Shown here in pieces: positions 36,581-45,135 of a stretch of DNA of 64,000 nt. This stretch comes from an uncultured virus (IMG/VR IMGVR_UViG_3300048926_000232). Its lineage: Duplodnaviria > Heunggongvirae > Uroviricota > Caudoviricetes. How positions within the stretch are numbered: the first letter of the stretch is position 1; every line of letters starts with the position of its first letter. The notes under the pieces were generated by a model. It was not told where the DNA came from. It saw only the letters and a program-made list of their open reading frames with translations, and made no database searches. The translations under genes were made by a program, and so were the position numbers. The DNA is taken from IMG/VR virus record IMGVR_UViG_3300048926_000232. The stretch is one strand, 5' to 3'.

Positions 36581-37591
36581 ATGGCGCAACACGATCAGGT
36601 CATTGGCAATGATATCGGCCTGCCGGTTCGCGAAGACATAAACGCCGCGCTCGCCGCCGCGTTCTCTTCGTCCTCCGGGGCAACCGAACCGGCGGTAAAG
36701 GTTCCGGGCCAACTTTGGTTCGACACGTCGAGTTCTTCCCTGAAAGTGCGCAACGCTGCGAACGATAATTGGCATGTGGTCGTTTTCACGTTCAGCGTGG
36801 ACGGCTATTACACGAAAGCCGAAATGGACGCCCGTTTTCAGTCGGGACCGGATACCTACACGATCAGCGAGGCCGATAGCGCTTTCCGCCTTACCGGCGA
36901 GAGCTACACGAAGGCCGAAACCGACGCCCGCCTAAATCCCCTTGCCGACCCGAGATTTGCCACGGCCTCGGCGCCGACGAAGAAAGCGCATTTCGACGTT
37001 TCCCCGATTGCAGCCGGGCAGGACAGGGCGCTTCGAATTCCCAACCTTGTTACGACGCTTGGCTATCATGAACTGATTTGGGACGAGGAAATCGCGGCGG
37101 GCGGAATCATCGTTCGCGAGTTCAAGGATTTGGGCGCGTTCGAAAGCCTCGAACTGCTCTTGGAGTGGCATGCGGTAGCGGTTAGCACGGCTTCGCCGCA
37201 AATCCATTTTTCCAGTGATAACGGGGCGACCTACGACACAACGGCCAGCTACTATAACTATGTTCTCTATACCAGCGGCGCGGCAGTTGCCGCCGGGGGC
37301 GTAACAAGCGGCGCAACCGGAATATTCCCCGCGAACAACAACCCGGTCCCCGGCGGCTGGAATACCCAAGGCGTGAGTTACGACGCAGTTTTCGGCGGTT
37401 TCAACAAAGCCCGCTGGTCGCGCGGCCGCGCCTATTCCGGTTTTATCATCGCCGCGAACAACGCCGCATACGCCTTCGGTTTCTTGACCGGCCACCAGAA
37501 GCTCGTTGCACGCAACGCGATGCGGATCATTTCCAGCGACGGCGCCGCCCTATGGAACGGGCATATCACCCTTCACGGCATTAGAGGTTAA
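36581..37591 (+). CDS. Tail fibre/receptor-binding protein, paralogue 3
   Basis: Same architecture; ends LHGIRG. Confidence 0.8.
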   Translation: MAQHDQVIGNDIGLPVREDINAALAAAFSSSSGATEPAVKVPGQLWFDTSSSSLKVRNAANDNWHVVVFTFSVDGYYTKAEMDARFQSGPDTYTISEADSAFRLTGESYTKAETDARLNPLADPRFATASAPTKKAHFDVSPIAAGQDRALRIPNLVTTLGYHELIWDEEIAAGGIIVREFKDLGAFESLELLLEWHAVAVSTASPQIHFSSDNGATYDTTASYYNYVLYTSGAAVAAGGVTSGATGIFPANNNPVPGGWNTQGVSYDAVFGGFNKARWSRGRAYSGFIIAANNAAYAFGFLTGHQKLVARNAMRIISSDGAALWNGHITLHGIRG

Positions 37592-37596
37592 CGGCC

Positions 37597-38700
37597 ATGG
37601 CCCAACACGATCAGATATTGGACAACGCACCGGGCCGGGCGGTTCGGCTGGATATGAACGCCGCGCTTGCCGCGCTCTTTTCGAACAGTTCCGGCCCGGT
37701 AGAGCCGGCCGTGAAAGTTGGCGGCCAAGCGTGGTTCGATACGACAGACCCGGCGCAACCGAAATTGTGGTTCCGTGACACGGCCAATCTTGCTTGGCTG
37801 GATATGTCAAAGGATTTCGAGACGGCGAGCTTTCGCGAGAGCGGCGGCGATTTCACGATAAGGCCGGAAAACCTTGGCGATTTCGTCACCTTCACCACAA
37901 CGGCAACGGCGAACCTGCCGGCGGCGGCTACCGTCAACGCAAAGTTCTATTTCACGGCCTCGGCGTCGAACGGCGCGGTAACGCTGCAGCCAATGCCCGG
38001 CGAAACGGTTGACGGCGCTAGCTCAAAGGTAATCCCGACCGGGTTCACGCTTGAGGTTCGGGCAACCGGCACCGGTTGGCGCACGTCGCTAATCCCCGAC
38101 CAGCCGGCAATGCTGAAGGCCTATTTCAACGCCCTGCCGCTATCGGCGCCGGTAATCGGCGATACCGTGGTTTTGGTCAAGGCGGACGGTACGATGGCCC
38201 GCGCCGATGGCTCCACGCTTGGCGCGCCGGTTGGAACGATCATTTCCAAGGCCTCACTTAAGGTTCCCGCCGGGCACTTGCCCTGCAATGGGGCGCTTGT
38301 GAGCCGAACCACATACGCCGCGCTCTTCGCCGATATCGGCACCACATGGGGGGCGGGCGACGGCTCTACTACTTTCGCCCTTCCCGACGCGCGCGGCGTT
38401 TTCCTTCGCGGTTTCGATAACGGGCGCGGGCAGGATAACGGCCGCGTCTTCGGCTCGTATCAGGCCGACCTAATCGGCAGCCACAACCACGGCATTAGCG
38501 ACGGGACGCACGCCCACGGATTCCAAGGCTACAACGCGATGGTTCGCGTTGGCGGTTCCGGCGGCCAAGGAACGAACGGCGGCGGCTTGGGCGAGATCGG
38601 CGCGACCAGCTATGCCAGTTCCAATATTTCCGTGCTCGCGGCCGGCGGCACGGAAACCCGCGTGAAGAACATAACCGTATTCCAATGCATCAAGTATTAG
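37597..38700 (+). CDS. Tail fibre, paralogue 4, with tail-collar domain
   Basis: MAQHDQ N-domain; PVGTII...P.G.L.CNGA.VSRTTYAALF..IGTTWGAGDGSTTF.LPD.RG.F.RG. Confidence 0.9.
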   Translation: MAQHDQILDNAPGRAVRLDMNAALAALFSNSSGPVEPAVKVGGQAWFDTTDPAQPKLWFRDTANLAWLDMSKDFETASFRESGGDFTIRPENLGDFVTFTTTATANLPAAATVNAKFYFTASASNGAVTLQPMPGETVDGASSKVIPTGFTLEVRATGTGWRTSLIPDQPAMLKAYFNALPLSAPVIGDTVVLVKADGTMARADGSTLGAPVGTIISKASLKVPAGHLPCNGALVSRTTYAALFADIGTTWGAGDGSTTFALPDARGVFLRGFDNGRGQDNGRVFGSYQADLIGSHNHGISDGTHAHGFQGYNAMVRVGGSGGQGTNGGGLGEIGATSYASSNISVLAAGGTETRVKNITVFQCIKY

Positions 38701-38709
38701 GAGGCGAAC

Positions 38710-39081
38710 ATGAGGGCTTACAGCTACGACCCGGACACCGGAGAATTTATCGGCTGGATGGAATGCATGGCAGATCCGCTAGAGAACCCGGAGGCGCGGA
38801 GCGATGGCGCTTGGCTCGTCCCGGCGAACGCAACCACGGTTCGGCCGCCCACGCTTGTATTCGGCAATGTGGTCGTTTGGCGGGGTGGCAAGTGGGGTTA
38901 TGTGCTTCCCGACAATCCCGACGCCGAATTGTCAGACGTTCCGATCATACCGCCCGACCCGGACGATAGCGAACCGATAGCGCCGCCGGAAGACGAGCCC
39001 GAGTTTGAAATGGGGTTGTTGTCAGACGGCCCGGCGCCGGAAGACGGGCCAACCGAGCGCGTTGTCCCGAGGGAAACCTAG
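38710..39081 (+). CDS. Tail fibre assembly chaperone (Tfa-like)
   Basis: YSYDPDTGEFIG...ADPLE...LVPANATTVRPP. Confidence 0.8.
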   Translation: MRAYSYDPDTGEFIGWMECMADPLENPEARSDGAWLVPANATTVRPPTLVFGNVVVWRGGKWGYVLPDNPDAELSDVPIIPPDPDDSEPIAPPEDEPEFEMGLLSDGPAPEDGPTERVVPRET

Positions 39082-39317
39082 CGGGCGTTTATCATGGCCG
39101 CGAACATGGCCCGAGCCGCCTCACGAATGACTTCCATGTCTTGCGGCTCAATCCCGGCGGGGACCGGGCCGATAACGGGAAGGGTTCGGGTTTGGACGGG
39201 AGCCAACCCACTCAAATTCAAATCGAGCCGCCACCGTTCGAGCGGCTTGAGATACCAGACGCGGAGCCGATAGGCGCCGTTATCCTCTTCGAACATTGGG
39301 GGGTAATCGTCCGTCAT
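39078..39317 (-). CDS. Hypothetical protein
   Basis: Short - strand ORF filling the gap. Confidence 0.4.
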   Translation of the reverse strand: MTDDYPPMFEEDNGAYRLRVWYLKPLERWRLDLNLSGLAPVQTRTLPVIGPVPAGIEPQDMEVIREAARAMFAAMINAR

Positions 39318-39394
39318 TTTTTTGCCGCCGCCTGGTAAGTCCCCGGATAGGGACAACGCCGGGTAATTATCGAGCAAAACGGAGGAAAATGCCA

Positions 39395-39601
39395 ATGGAA
39401 GTAACCGCCCTCATAAACCTAGCCGTCATCATTTGCGTTATCGTCGCAGTGATCGCGCTAGTCGATTACCTTATCCGAACGATCCCGATCCCCGACCCGT
39501 TGGGCCGCATTTTTCGAATGGTCGTTGTGGTGATTGGAATACTGATCGCCATCATCGTTTTGCTACGGTTCGCCGGCCTGCTCACGGCCGGGCCGCTCTA
39601 A
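39395..39601 (+). CDS. Small two-TM membrane protein (possible holin)
   Basis: GGAGG RBS; two hydrophobic helices around IPIPDP. Confidence 0.75.
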   Translation: MEVTALINLAVIICVIVAVIALVDYLIRTIPIPDPLGRIFRMVVVVIGILIAIIVLLRFAGLLTAGPL

Positions 39602-39622
39602 CCGCAACAAGGGAGAACGTGC

Positions 39623-40144
39623 ATGCTTACCTACATGCTTCAAGGGAACTTGGCCGGGCATTTCGTCAACGTGGCCGATTCCTTCGCCGAACGGGCCTTT
39701 TCAGACGGTTGGGCCACGCAAGGCGACCTAGACGCGCCGCCGCCTTGGCAAACGCCCGCGCTTGTCGATCGCTTCGCGCCACTCCCCGATTCTTACAATG
39801 AATGGGTAGAGGCCGGCTCCCCTGCCTTCGAGGTAGTAGCGCCCGAACCGCCGGCCCAATCGCCGACGCTATCCAGCTTGAACCCGAGTAGCGGCGACCA
39901 GAACGCGGCGGCGTCTGTCACCATTACCGGAGCCGGGTTCCTTGCCGGGGCAACCGCTCTCGTGAACGGCGCCGGGGTGGATACCACGTTTAACAGCGAA
40001 ACGGAGTTGGTCGCGGTTCTCGGCCCGATAATCACGGCCACCCCCGGCGCGCTGAATCTCACGGTAAACAACAATGACGGCACCGCGCCGTCAAACGCGC
40101 TTGTCTATACCGTCAACGAAGTGGCGGCGCCGCCCTCAAGGTAA
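39623..40144 (+). CDS. IPT/TIG Ig-like domain protein
   Basis: PTLSSLNPSSG...VTITGAGF..GAT..VNG..V.TTF.S.TEL...V.N...SNA..YTV. Confidence 0.8.
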   Translation: MLTYMLQGNLAGHFVNVADSFAERAFSDGWATQGDLDAPPPWQTPALVDRFAPLPDSYNEWVEAGSPAFEVVAPEPPAQSPTLSSLNPSSGDQNAAASVTITGAGFLAGATALVNGAGVDTTFNSETELVAVLGPIITATPGALNLTVNNNDGTAPSNALVYTVNEVAAPPSR

Positions 40145-40230
40145 ATCCCCTTGGCGGTTCGCGGCTAATGTCGGCGTCTGGCGAATCGCCATTGGGCGCG
40201 CGGCCGGCCTCTTTCCCCGGCCGCGCGTTC

Positions 40231-41289
40231 CTAGAGCCGGTAAACCGTGGCGTTGTCCTGAACGTCGCGGAGCCGCTTGTAGGCGGCGTGGCGCAATTTT
40301 CGATCCGTTGTCCATGCGCGGTATTCGACTTCCGCAATCAGGGTTGGTTTTAGCCAGACTACGTTCCGTTTACCCCTGTACGGGATAGGCGGCGCTTTCC
40401 GTTTCCAAGGCAGGCGGTCGAACTGTTCGCGAAGTGACTCGGCGTCCCGCTGCTTGAACCCCGTTCCGACCGAGCCGACATAGGCAAGCGCGTTGCCGTC
40501 ATAGGCGGCTAACAGGAGCGCGCCGAAGCCGCCCGGCGAACCCATGGCGGGTTCGTAGCCGACGATCAGAAACCCCTCGGATTGAACGCATTTGAACTTG
40601 ACCCAATCGCCCGTTTTGCCGGAACGGTAGGGGCTGTTTCGGTTCTTGCCCACGATCCCCTCAAGGCCTAGCCGGCATGCGTGGTCGAGAAGCTGGACGG
40701 GATCGGCGTCTATCTCTTCCGAAATGCGAATGGCCCCTTCATAGCCCTGCAGCACGCCCTCCAACAGGTGGCGGCGCGCCTCGTATTCCAGGCCGCGCAA
40801 ATCCCGGCCGTCCAGATAAAGCAGATCGAACACATAGAGCATTGCCGGCGAAATGAGGTTGCCGCTACGCCGGCCGACCGCGCCAAGCGAGTTTTGCAGC
40901 GCGCCGAAATCGGAGCGGCCTTGTTCGTCCAAAACCACGGCCTCGCCGTCGAGGATCATGGTAGCCGGGCCAAGTTCGCGGCAGGCCTCCGCAATGGCCG
41001 GAAACCGGTCAACCCAATTGTAGCCGCCCCGCGTCAACAGTCGCACGCCGCCCGGCTCGATATGAGCCGCAAGCCGGTAGCCATCCCATTTGATTTCCCA
41101 ACCCCAATCCGGGCCGGCAGGGGGGCGCGCCTTGAGTACGGCAAGGGCGGGCTCCACTCTGGCCGGCATCGGGTCTAGGGGAAGATTCGATTGCGCGGGG
41201 TCGCGCTTGCGAATGCGGCGGCCCTGCAGCGGCGCGCGATCATCGAGCAGCAAAGGTTTTGAACGGGGCGGGCGCGGCGGTTTTGTCAT
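40231..41289 (-). CDS. ATP-dependent DNA ligase (LigD ligase domain)
   Basis: Motif I EIKWDGYR; LDGEAV; FDLLYLDG; LEGIVGK; WVKFKC; OB-fold YVGSVGTGF. Confidence 0.95.
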   Translation of the reverse strand: MTKPPRPPRSKPLLLDDRAPLQGRRIRKRDPAQSNLPLDPMPARVEPALAVLKARPPAGPDWGWEIKWDGYRLAAHIEPGGVRLLTRGGYNWVDRFPAIAEACRELGPATMILDGEAVVLDEQGRSDFGALQNSLGAVGRRSGNLISPAMLYVFDLLYLDGRDLRGLEYEARRHLLEGVLQGYEGAIRISEEIDADPVQLLDHACRLGLEGIVGKNRNSPYRSGKTGDWVKFKCVQSEGFLIVGYEPAMGSPGGFGALLLAAYDGNALAYVGSVGTGFKQRDAESLREQFDRLPWKRKAPPIPYRGKRNVVWLKPTLIAEVEYRAWTTDRKLRHAAYKRLRDVQDNATVYRL

Positions 41290-41326
41290 ACTGGATATGA
41301 CACCAGACATTTATTAAGCTTGTCCT

Positions 41327-41545
41327 ATGGAACCACAAAGCCCCGCCAAAGTCGCCTTTCTCGATCTCTTGCGCGAACTGAACGCAAGCCCGGACGTGCC
41401 GATCAGCAATTACGAAATTGGCCCGCCATTGGTCGCCAAAGGATTCACACAAGACGAAATCGTAAACGCCATGTATGCCCTCCAACACGAGGGGCACATC
41501 GAAATCATGAACGGCAACCGGACGCGGGTCACAAAGCCGCTTTGA
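41327..41545 (+). CDS. Small hypothetical protein (possibly winged helix)
   Basis: 72-aa ORF divergent from the ligase. Confidence 0.5.
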   Translation: MEPQSPAKVAFLDLLRELNASPDVPISNYEIGPPLVAKGFTQDEIVNAMYALQHEGHIEIMNGNRTRVTKPL

Positions 41546-41619
41546 CGGGGAATCACTCGGCGCTTGGAAAAACATTCCGCCGGCCGCGCGTGGGGTTCTT
41601 TTGGGGGCGTGCGAAAAAA

Positions 41620-41899
41620 GTTTCCCCGAAATGTTTCCCCCGCCCGAGATTTTCGGGGGTCTGAACGGTAGCTAAGTGATTGAAAAATAAGGTGGCACGC
41701 CCTAGGGGAGTCGAACCCCTCTTTACAGAATGAAAATCTTGTGTCCCTACAATTTTTTTGACCACAATACCCCACATTTTCTTTAGCCAAGCTATTGAAA
41801 CATAAAAACAAAGCGCGAGAAAATGGGGTATTAGCGCGCAATTGCAAACTTTAGCAAACATGGTATTTTCCGGCCAATGTTTCCCCGGCGGGGGAAACA
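41620..41899. repeat. Putative integrase arm-type sites (GTTTCCCC)
   Basis: Direct copies at 41620 and 41633; inverted pair TGTTTCCCC-GGCG-GGGGAAACA at 41878-41899, flanking the core. Confidence 0.65.
41693..41748 (-). other. attP core: 3' fragment of a tRNA-Glu-like sequence
   Basis: - strand reads GGACAC-AAGA-TTTTCAT-TCTGT-AAAG-AGGGG-TTCGACT-CCCCT-AGGGCGT-GCCA; T-arm and CCA intact, 5' acceptor strand and D-arm absent; about 190 bp upstream of the integrase. Confidence 0.8.
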
Positions 41900-41938
41900 G
41901 AACGGCTCAATCCGAGCAACGCCAGTAAGGGAAAAAAC

Positions 41939-43204
41939 ATGGCTAAGAGCTTTAAGAAGTTATCCGTTGAACACATGAAACCCGGCAAAACCCGGCAGGA
42001 AATCGCCGACCGGGAATCGCCCGGCCTTTACCTGATTATTCAGCCAACCGGCTCGAAGTCATGGGCCTTCCGCTATCGCAGCCGGGAGGACGGCAAAGTC
42101 AAGAAAATGACATTGGGGCAGTTTCCGGCAATGTCGCTTGGCGACGCTCATAAGGCCGCCGAAGCCGTCCGGACGCTCATTGCGAACAAGGTAGACCCGA
42201 TTGCGGCGCGGGCCGAACAGGTAGCAGTGGACAAAGGAAAGCTGTTCGAAACAATCGCCGCTGATTTCGCCAAGCACCACATCGAAAAGCTGAACAAGCC
42301 GGGCACCCAATACGAGCACAAGCGCATTCTCAATACCGATATCCTGCCCCTTTGGACGGGCAAGAACATCGAGGACATTGATCTCGACCATATCAACCGC
42401 CTGCTTACCGGCAAGCTTGAAACCGGCGTGACAACCTCGGTAAACCGCATCCAATCCTTGATTTGCAAACTGTTCAAATGGGCCAAACAGACGGGCCGCA
42501 TCAAATACAACGTGGCTACGGACTTGCCGAAACTGGTCAAGGAAAACCCACGCGAACGGGTTCTAAGCCACGAGGAACTGCGCATTTGCTGGCTTGCCGC
42601 CGACCGTATCGGCTACCCGTTCGGCGACGTGGTAAAGCTGCTCATCCTTACCGGCCAACGTTCGACCGAAATCACGCGCATGTCATGGGAGGAACTGAAT
42701 TTTGCCTTCCTCAAGGGGCCGATTTTCACAATCCCGAAAGAGCGCGCAAAGAACGGCTTGAAGCATATCGTGCCACTTGCCCCGGCGGTTGCGGGTATCA
42801 TTCGCGCCGTTCCGCAATTGCAGGGCAGCAATTGGGTTTTCACCCATGACGGCAATCTGCCGGTTCAAGCCTCTACCAAGAACAAGGCCAAGCTTGACAA
42901 GATCATGAAGGAGATCATGGCCGAAGAGGCGGCGGCTCGCGGCGAACAGCCGAAGACAATCACGCTCGAACCTTGGACGCTCCACGATTTGCGCCGAACC
43001 ATGGGAACCCATTGCGTTGACGATTTGCATCTCCCTTGGGAATGGATTGACGTTGTGCATAACCACGCAAAAAAGGGCATGGCGAAGCACTACAATCAAG
43101 CCAAGTACGTTGACCAGAAAATCAACGTTTTGAACCAATGGGCGGGCGCGGTTGACAGGATCGTAAAGCGGTTCCCCGTCAAGGCTATTCCCATGGCCGC
43201 TTAG
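41939..43204 (+). CDS. int: Tyrosine integrase with arm-binding domain
   Basis: GLYL...TGSKSW.FRYR; LTGQRSTE; KNG..H; HDLRRT; NH...HY. Confidence 0.95.
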   Translation: MAKSFKKLSVEHMKPGKTRQEIADRESPGLYLIIQPTGSKSWAFRYRSREDGKVKKMTLGQFPAMSLGDAHKAAEAVRTLIANKVDPIAARAEQVAVDKGKLFETIAADFAKHHIEKLNKPGTQYEHKRILNTDILPLWTGKNIEDIDLDHINRLLTGKLETGVTTSVNRIQSLICKLFKWAKQTGRIKYNVATDLPKLVKENPRERVLSHEELRICWLAADRIGYPFGDVVKLLILTGQRSTEITRMSWEELNFAFLKGPIFTIPKERAKNGLKHIVPLAPAVAGIIRAVPQLQGSNWVFTHDGNLPVQASTKNKAKLDKIMKEIMAEEAAARGEQPKTITLEPWTLHDLRRTMGTHCVDDLHLPWEWIDVVHNHAKKGMAKHYNQAKYVDQKINVLNQWAGAVDRIVKRFPVKAIPMAA

Positions 43205-43257
43205 TCGCGCTACATTCAGCGGGCTCGACTATCATTCTTCGTTCATGCCGAAACCCG

Positions 43258-43289
43258 AAACCCCCGGTCCCTCACGCCGGGGGTTTTTC
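43258..43289. terminator. Rho-independent terminator after int
   Basis: AAACCCCCGG-loop-CCGGGGGTTTTT. Confidence 0.85.
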
Positions 43290-43410
43290 GTTGCTGACTT
43301 TGCGGCCAGCCGACTAAAGAATTTATAGCTCCGCTTTAAAATCCGGGAACCAAAGTTTGGCAAAACAGTTTGATGGCTATCCCGTAATATTCGGGGTGAG
43401 GGGCTTTGTC

Positions 43411-43617
43411 ATGGACCGGCTACTTGTTGAATTCATCCGGCATAGGATTCGCGGCCAACGCGATACCGATCTCGGCGAACTTATCGACGTTGCGGAACGG
43501 TATTTTAAAGGGCTTCAGCCGCGCGATTTTTTCGAGGCGCTTCGTGCCGCCCAACGCTTTCGGGGAGCCCATTCATACCAACAAAGAGCGAGGCTAGAAT
43601 CCCGGCCCGATTGCTAA
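43411..43617 (+). CDS. Hypothetical protein
   Basis: GAGGGG RBS; own AT-rich upstream region. Confidence 0.45.
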   Translation: MDRLLVEFIRHRIRGQRDTDLGELIDVAERYFKGLQPRDFFEALRAAQRFRGAHSYQQRARLESRPDC

Positions 43618-43776
43618 TCGGGTTCAAGGCTTCTTGAGTATAATAATCGTAAGGCCAACCCCAACCACCACAACGGCGACCAGCAACAGCCAGCCGGCCG
43701 CGATAAGCGCCCCCGTCAACATTTCCCTTTCACCTTTCTTGACAGTCTGGCTTATCGGCCCGCCCCATGCGGCCCG

Positions 43777-44322
43777 TTAGAATTTGTCCCCGCGATATGG
43801 AATCTTGTCCTTCGGCCGTAGGCTAAGCAGGAAGGGCACGGCGGCGATTGTCGCCCACATCTTGCCCATTACGAGCCCGGCTAAGTAATCGACGCCGCCT
43901 AACGCGACATAAAGGAAAACGACGCTATCCACGAAAGCGCCGGCTATCCCGCTCAATAGAACGGCCAGCCAGAGCCTACGGCGGCGCAAGGGCGCGTAAA
44001 CAAGCAAGTCGGCTAGTTCGGCAAGGGTAAAGGCAAGAAACGCAGCCAGCGCCAATTGTGGGGCCGCGAACAGTATCGACGCGAACGAACCAACCACGAT
44101 TGCCGCGAACGCGGCGGCTATCCCGAATTCCTCATGGATGAAATCGCGAAGCACAAGCGCCGCGCCAACCAAGAGAACGCCCGAGGGCGCGTAAAGGCCG
44201 AACCCTACCGGCAGGACACAAACCCCGGCCGGGCTGCATTCGCCAACGTGGCTAATCATGTAGTTCGCGCCTGGAATAGTGGCGACGTAGGCGGCGAACG
44301 CCATAAGGGCGGCAATCCACAT
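43777..44322 (-). CDS. VUT (Vut_1/YhhQ-like) queuosine-precursor transporter family protein
   Basis: Multi-TM; AN...P.G...G..LVLRDFIHE...AF.LAELAD..VY.PL...S...GA.VDS..F...GK. Confidence 0.85.
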   Translation of the reverse strand: MWIAALMAFAAYVATIPGANYMISHVGECSPAGVCVLPVGFGLYAPSGVLLVGAALVLRDFIHEEFGIAAAFAAIVVGSFASILFAAPQLALAAFLAFTLAELADLLVYAPLRRRRLWLAVLLSGIAGAFVDSVVFLYVALGGVDYLAGLVMGKMWATIAAVPFLLSLRPKDKIPYRGDKF

Positions 44323-44994
44323 TTAGAACAATTCCTTTTGTGTCTCGGTTACGGTCCAGTGAATCGGGGATTGGATAGCGTCGATGCGCCGGGCCATACG
44401 TTCCGGGCAAATCTGATTTCGCTTGAAGTTGCGGCCCACGTTGGCGCTATCGGCCGAGGCAAACGGCCATTTGTCGCCGGCTAGGGACAAGCCGCGCAAG
44501 AGGTGAATCCACGGCCGGAGGTGGCGTTTCTCAAGTTCGTTGAAAGCCTCGTCCGCGCGGCGCGCCCACAGGTCGGAACCGACTTGCCAATAGGCATGTG
44601 ACGAACCGAAACAGATACGCGGCCATTGTTCGGCAAGCTGCAGAAGGTAGGAGATCGGCAGGCCCATATGCCACACCGGGGCGCCGAACGTTCCGAACGG
44701 CCATTGCGCGACAAGCTCGGAATTCTCCGCGATCGTGCCGCCGATCACGTCCGGGATAACCGCCCAATGCGGATGGCCTAGCTTGCGCTCAAGCCATTTG
44801 TAATAGCGCGGCCAGTCAACGGCTTGGTTCTTCGTGTAGGCGGTAAAGGCCCCGCTATCCCACAAGACGGATTGGCCGTTTGCCAAGCACCATTCGGAAT
44901 CGTGCGGGTTAGCGAACGAAACGCAAAAGCACTTGCCGGCCATCTTTATCATGTCCAGCCGTGGGGTAAGCGGCGTGCCGTGGTAGTGCAGCAT
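44323..44994 (-). CDS. TGT-fold, DpdA-like guanine transglycosylase
   Basis: LWDSGAFT, VIPDVIG, PVWH, ICFGSS, IHLLRG, ASADS in TGT/DpdA order; directly abuts the VUT gene. Confidence 0.7.
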   Translation of the reverse strand: MLHYHGTPLTPRLDMIKMAGKCFCVSFANPHDSEWCLANGQSVLWDSGAFTAYTKNQAVDWPRYYKWLERKLGHPHWAVIPDVIGGTIAENSELVAQWPFGTFGAPVWHMGLPISYLLQLAEQWPRICFGSSHAYWQVGSDLWARRADEAFNELEKRHLRPWIHLLRGLSLAGDKWPFASADSANVGRNFKRNQICPERMARRIDAIQSPIHWTVTETQKELF

Positions 44995-45135
44995 GCGGGT
45001 TTCTCTTTAATCGTGACGATGGTAAGACGGGCGGTCCCCGGTTCCGGCCTACGCAACCGGATGCCAATCGCCGGGGGCATGCGATTTCCCTCGCATTACT
45101 GGCGGCCGGGCGGGTTTGCTGAGAGCCCGCCCGGT

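Noticed and set aside
34573..38700. Shufflon or diversity-generating retroelement acting on the fibre genes
   Set aside because: All genes are complete and on one strand; no invertase, inverted crossover sites, reverse transcriptase or adenine-specific TR/VR pair seen
41693..41790. Complete tRNA gene
   Set aside because: No 5' acceptor strand complementary to AGGGCGT and no D-arm; treated as the attP core
44995..45135. Canonical preQ1-I riboswitch
   Set aside because: No match to the short stem plus A-rich tail consensus; kept only as an unclassified structured leader
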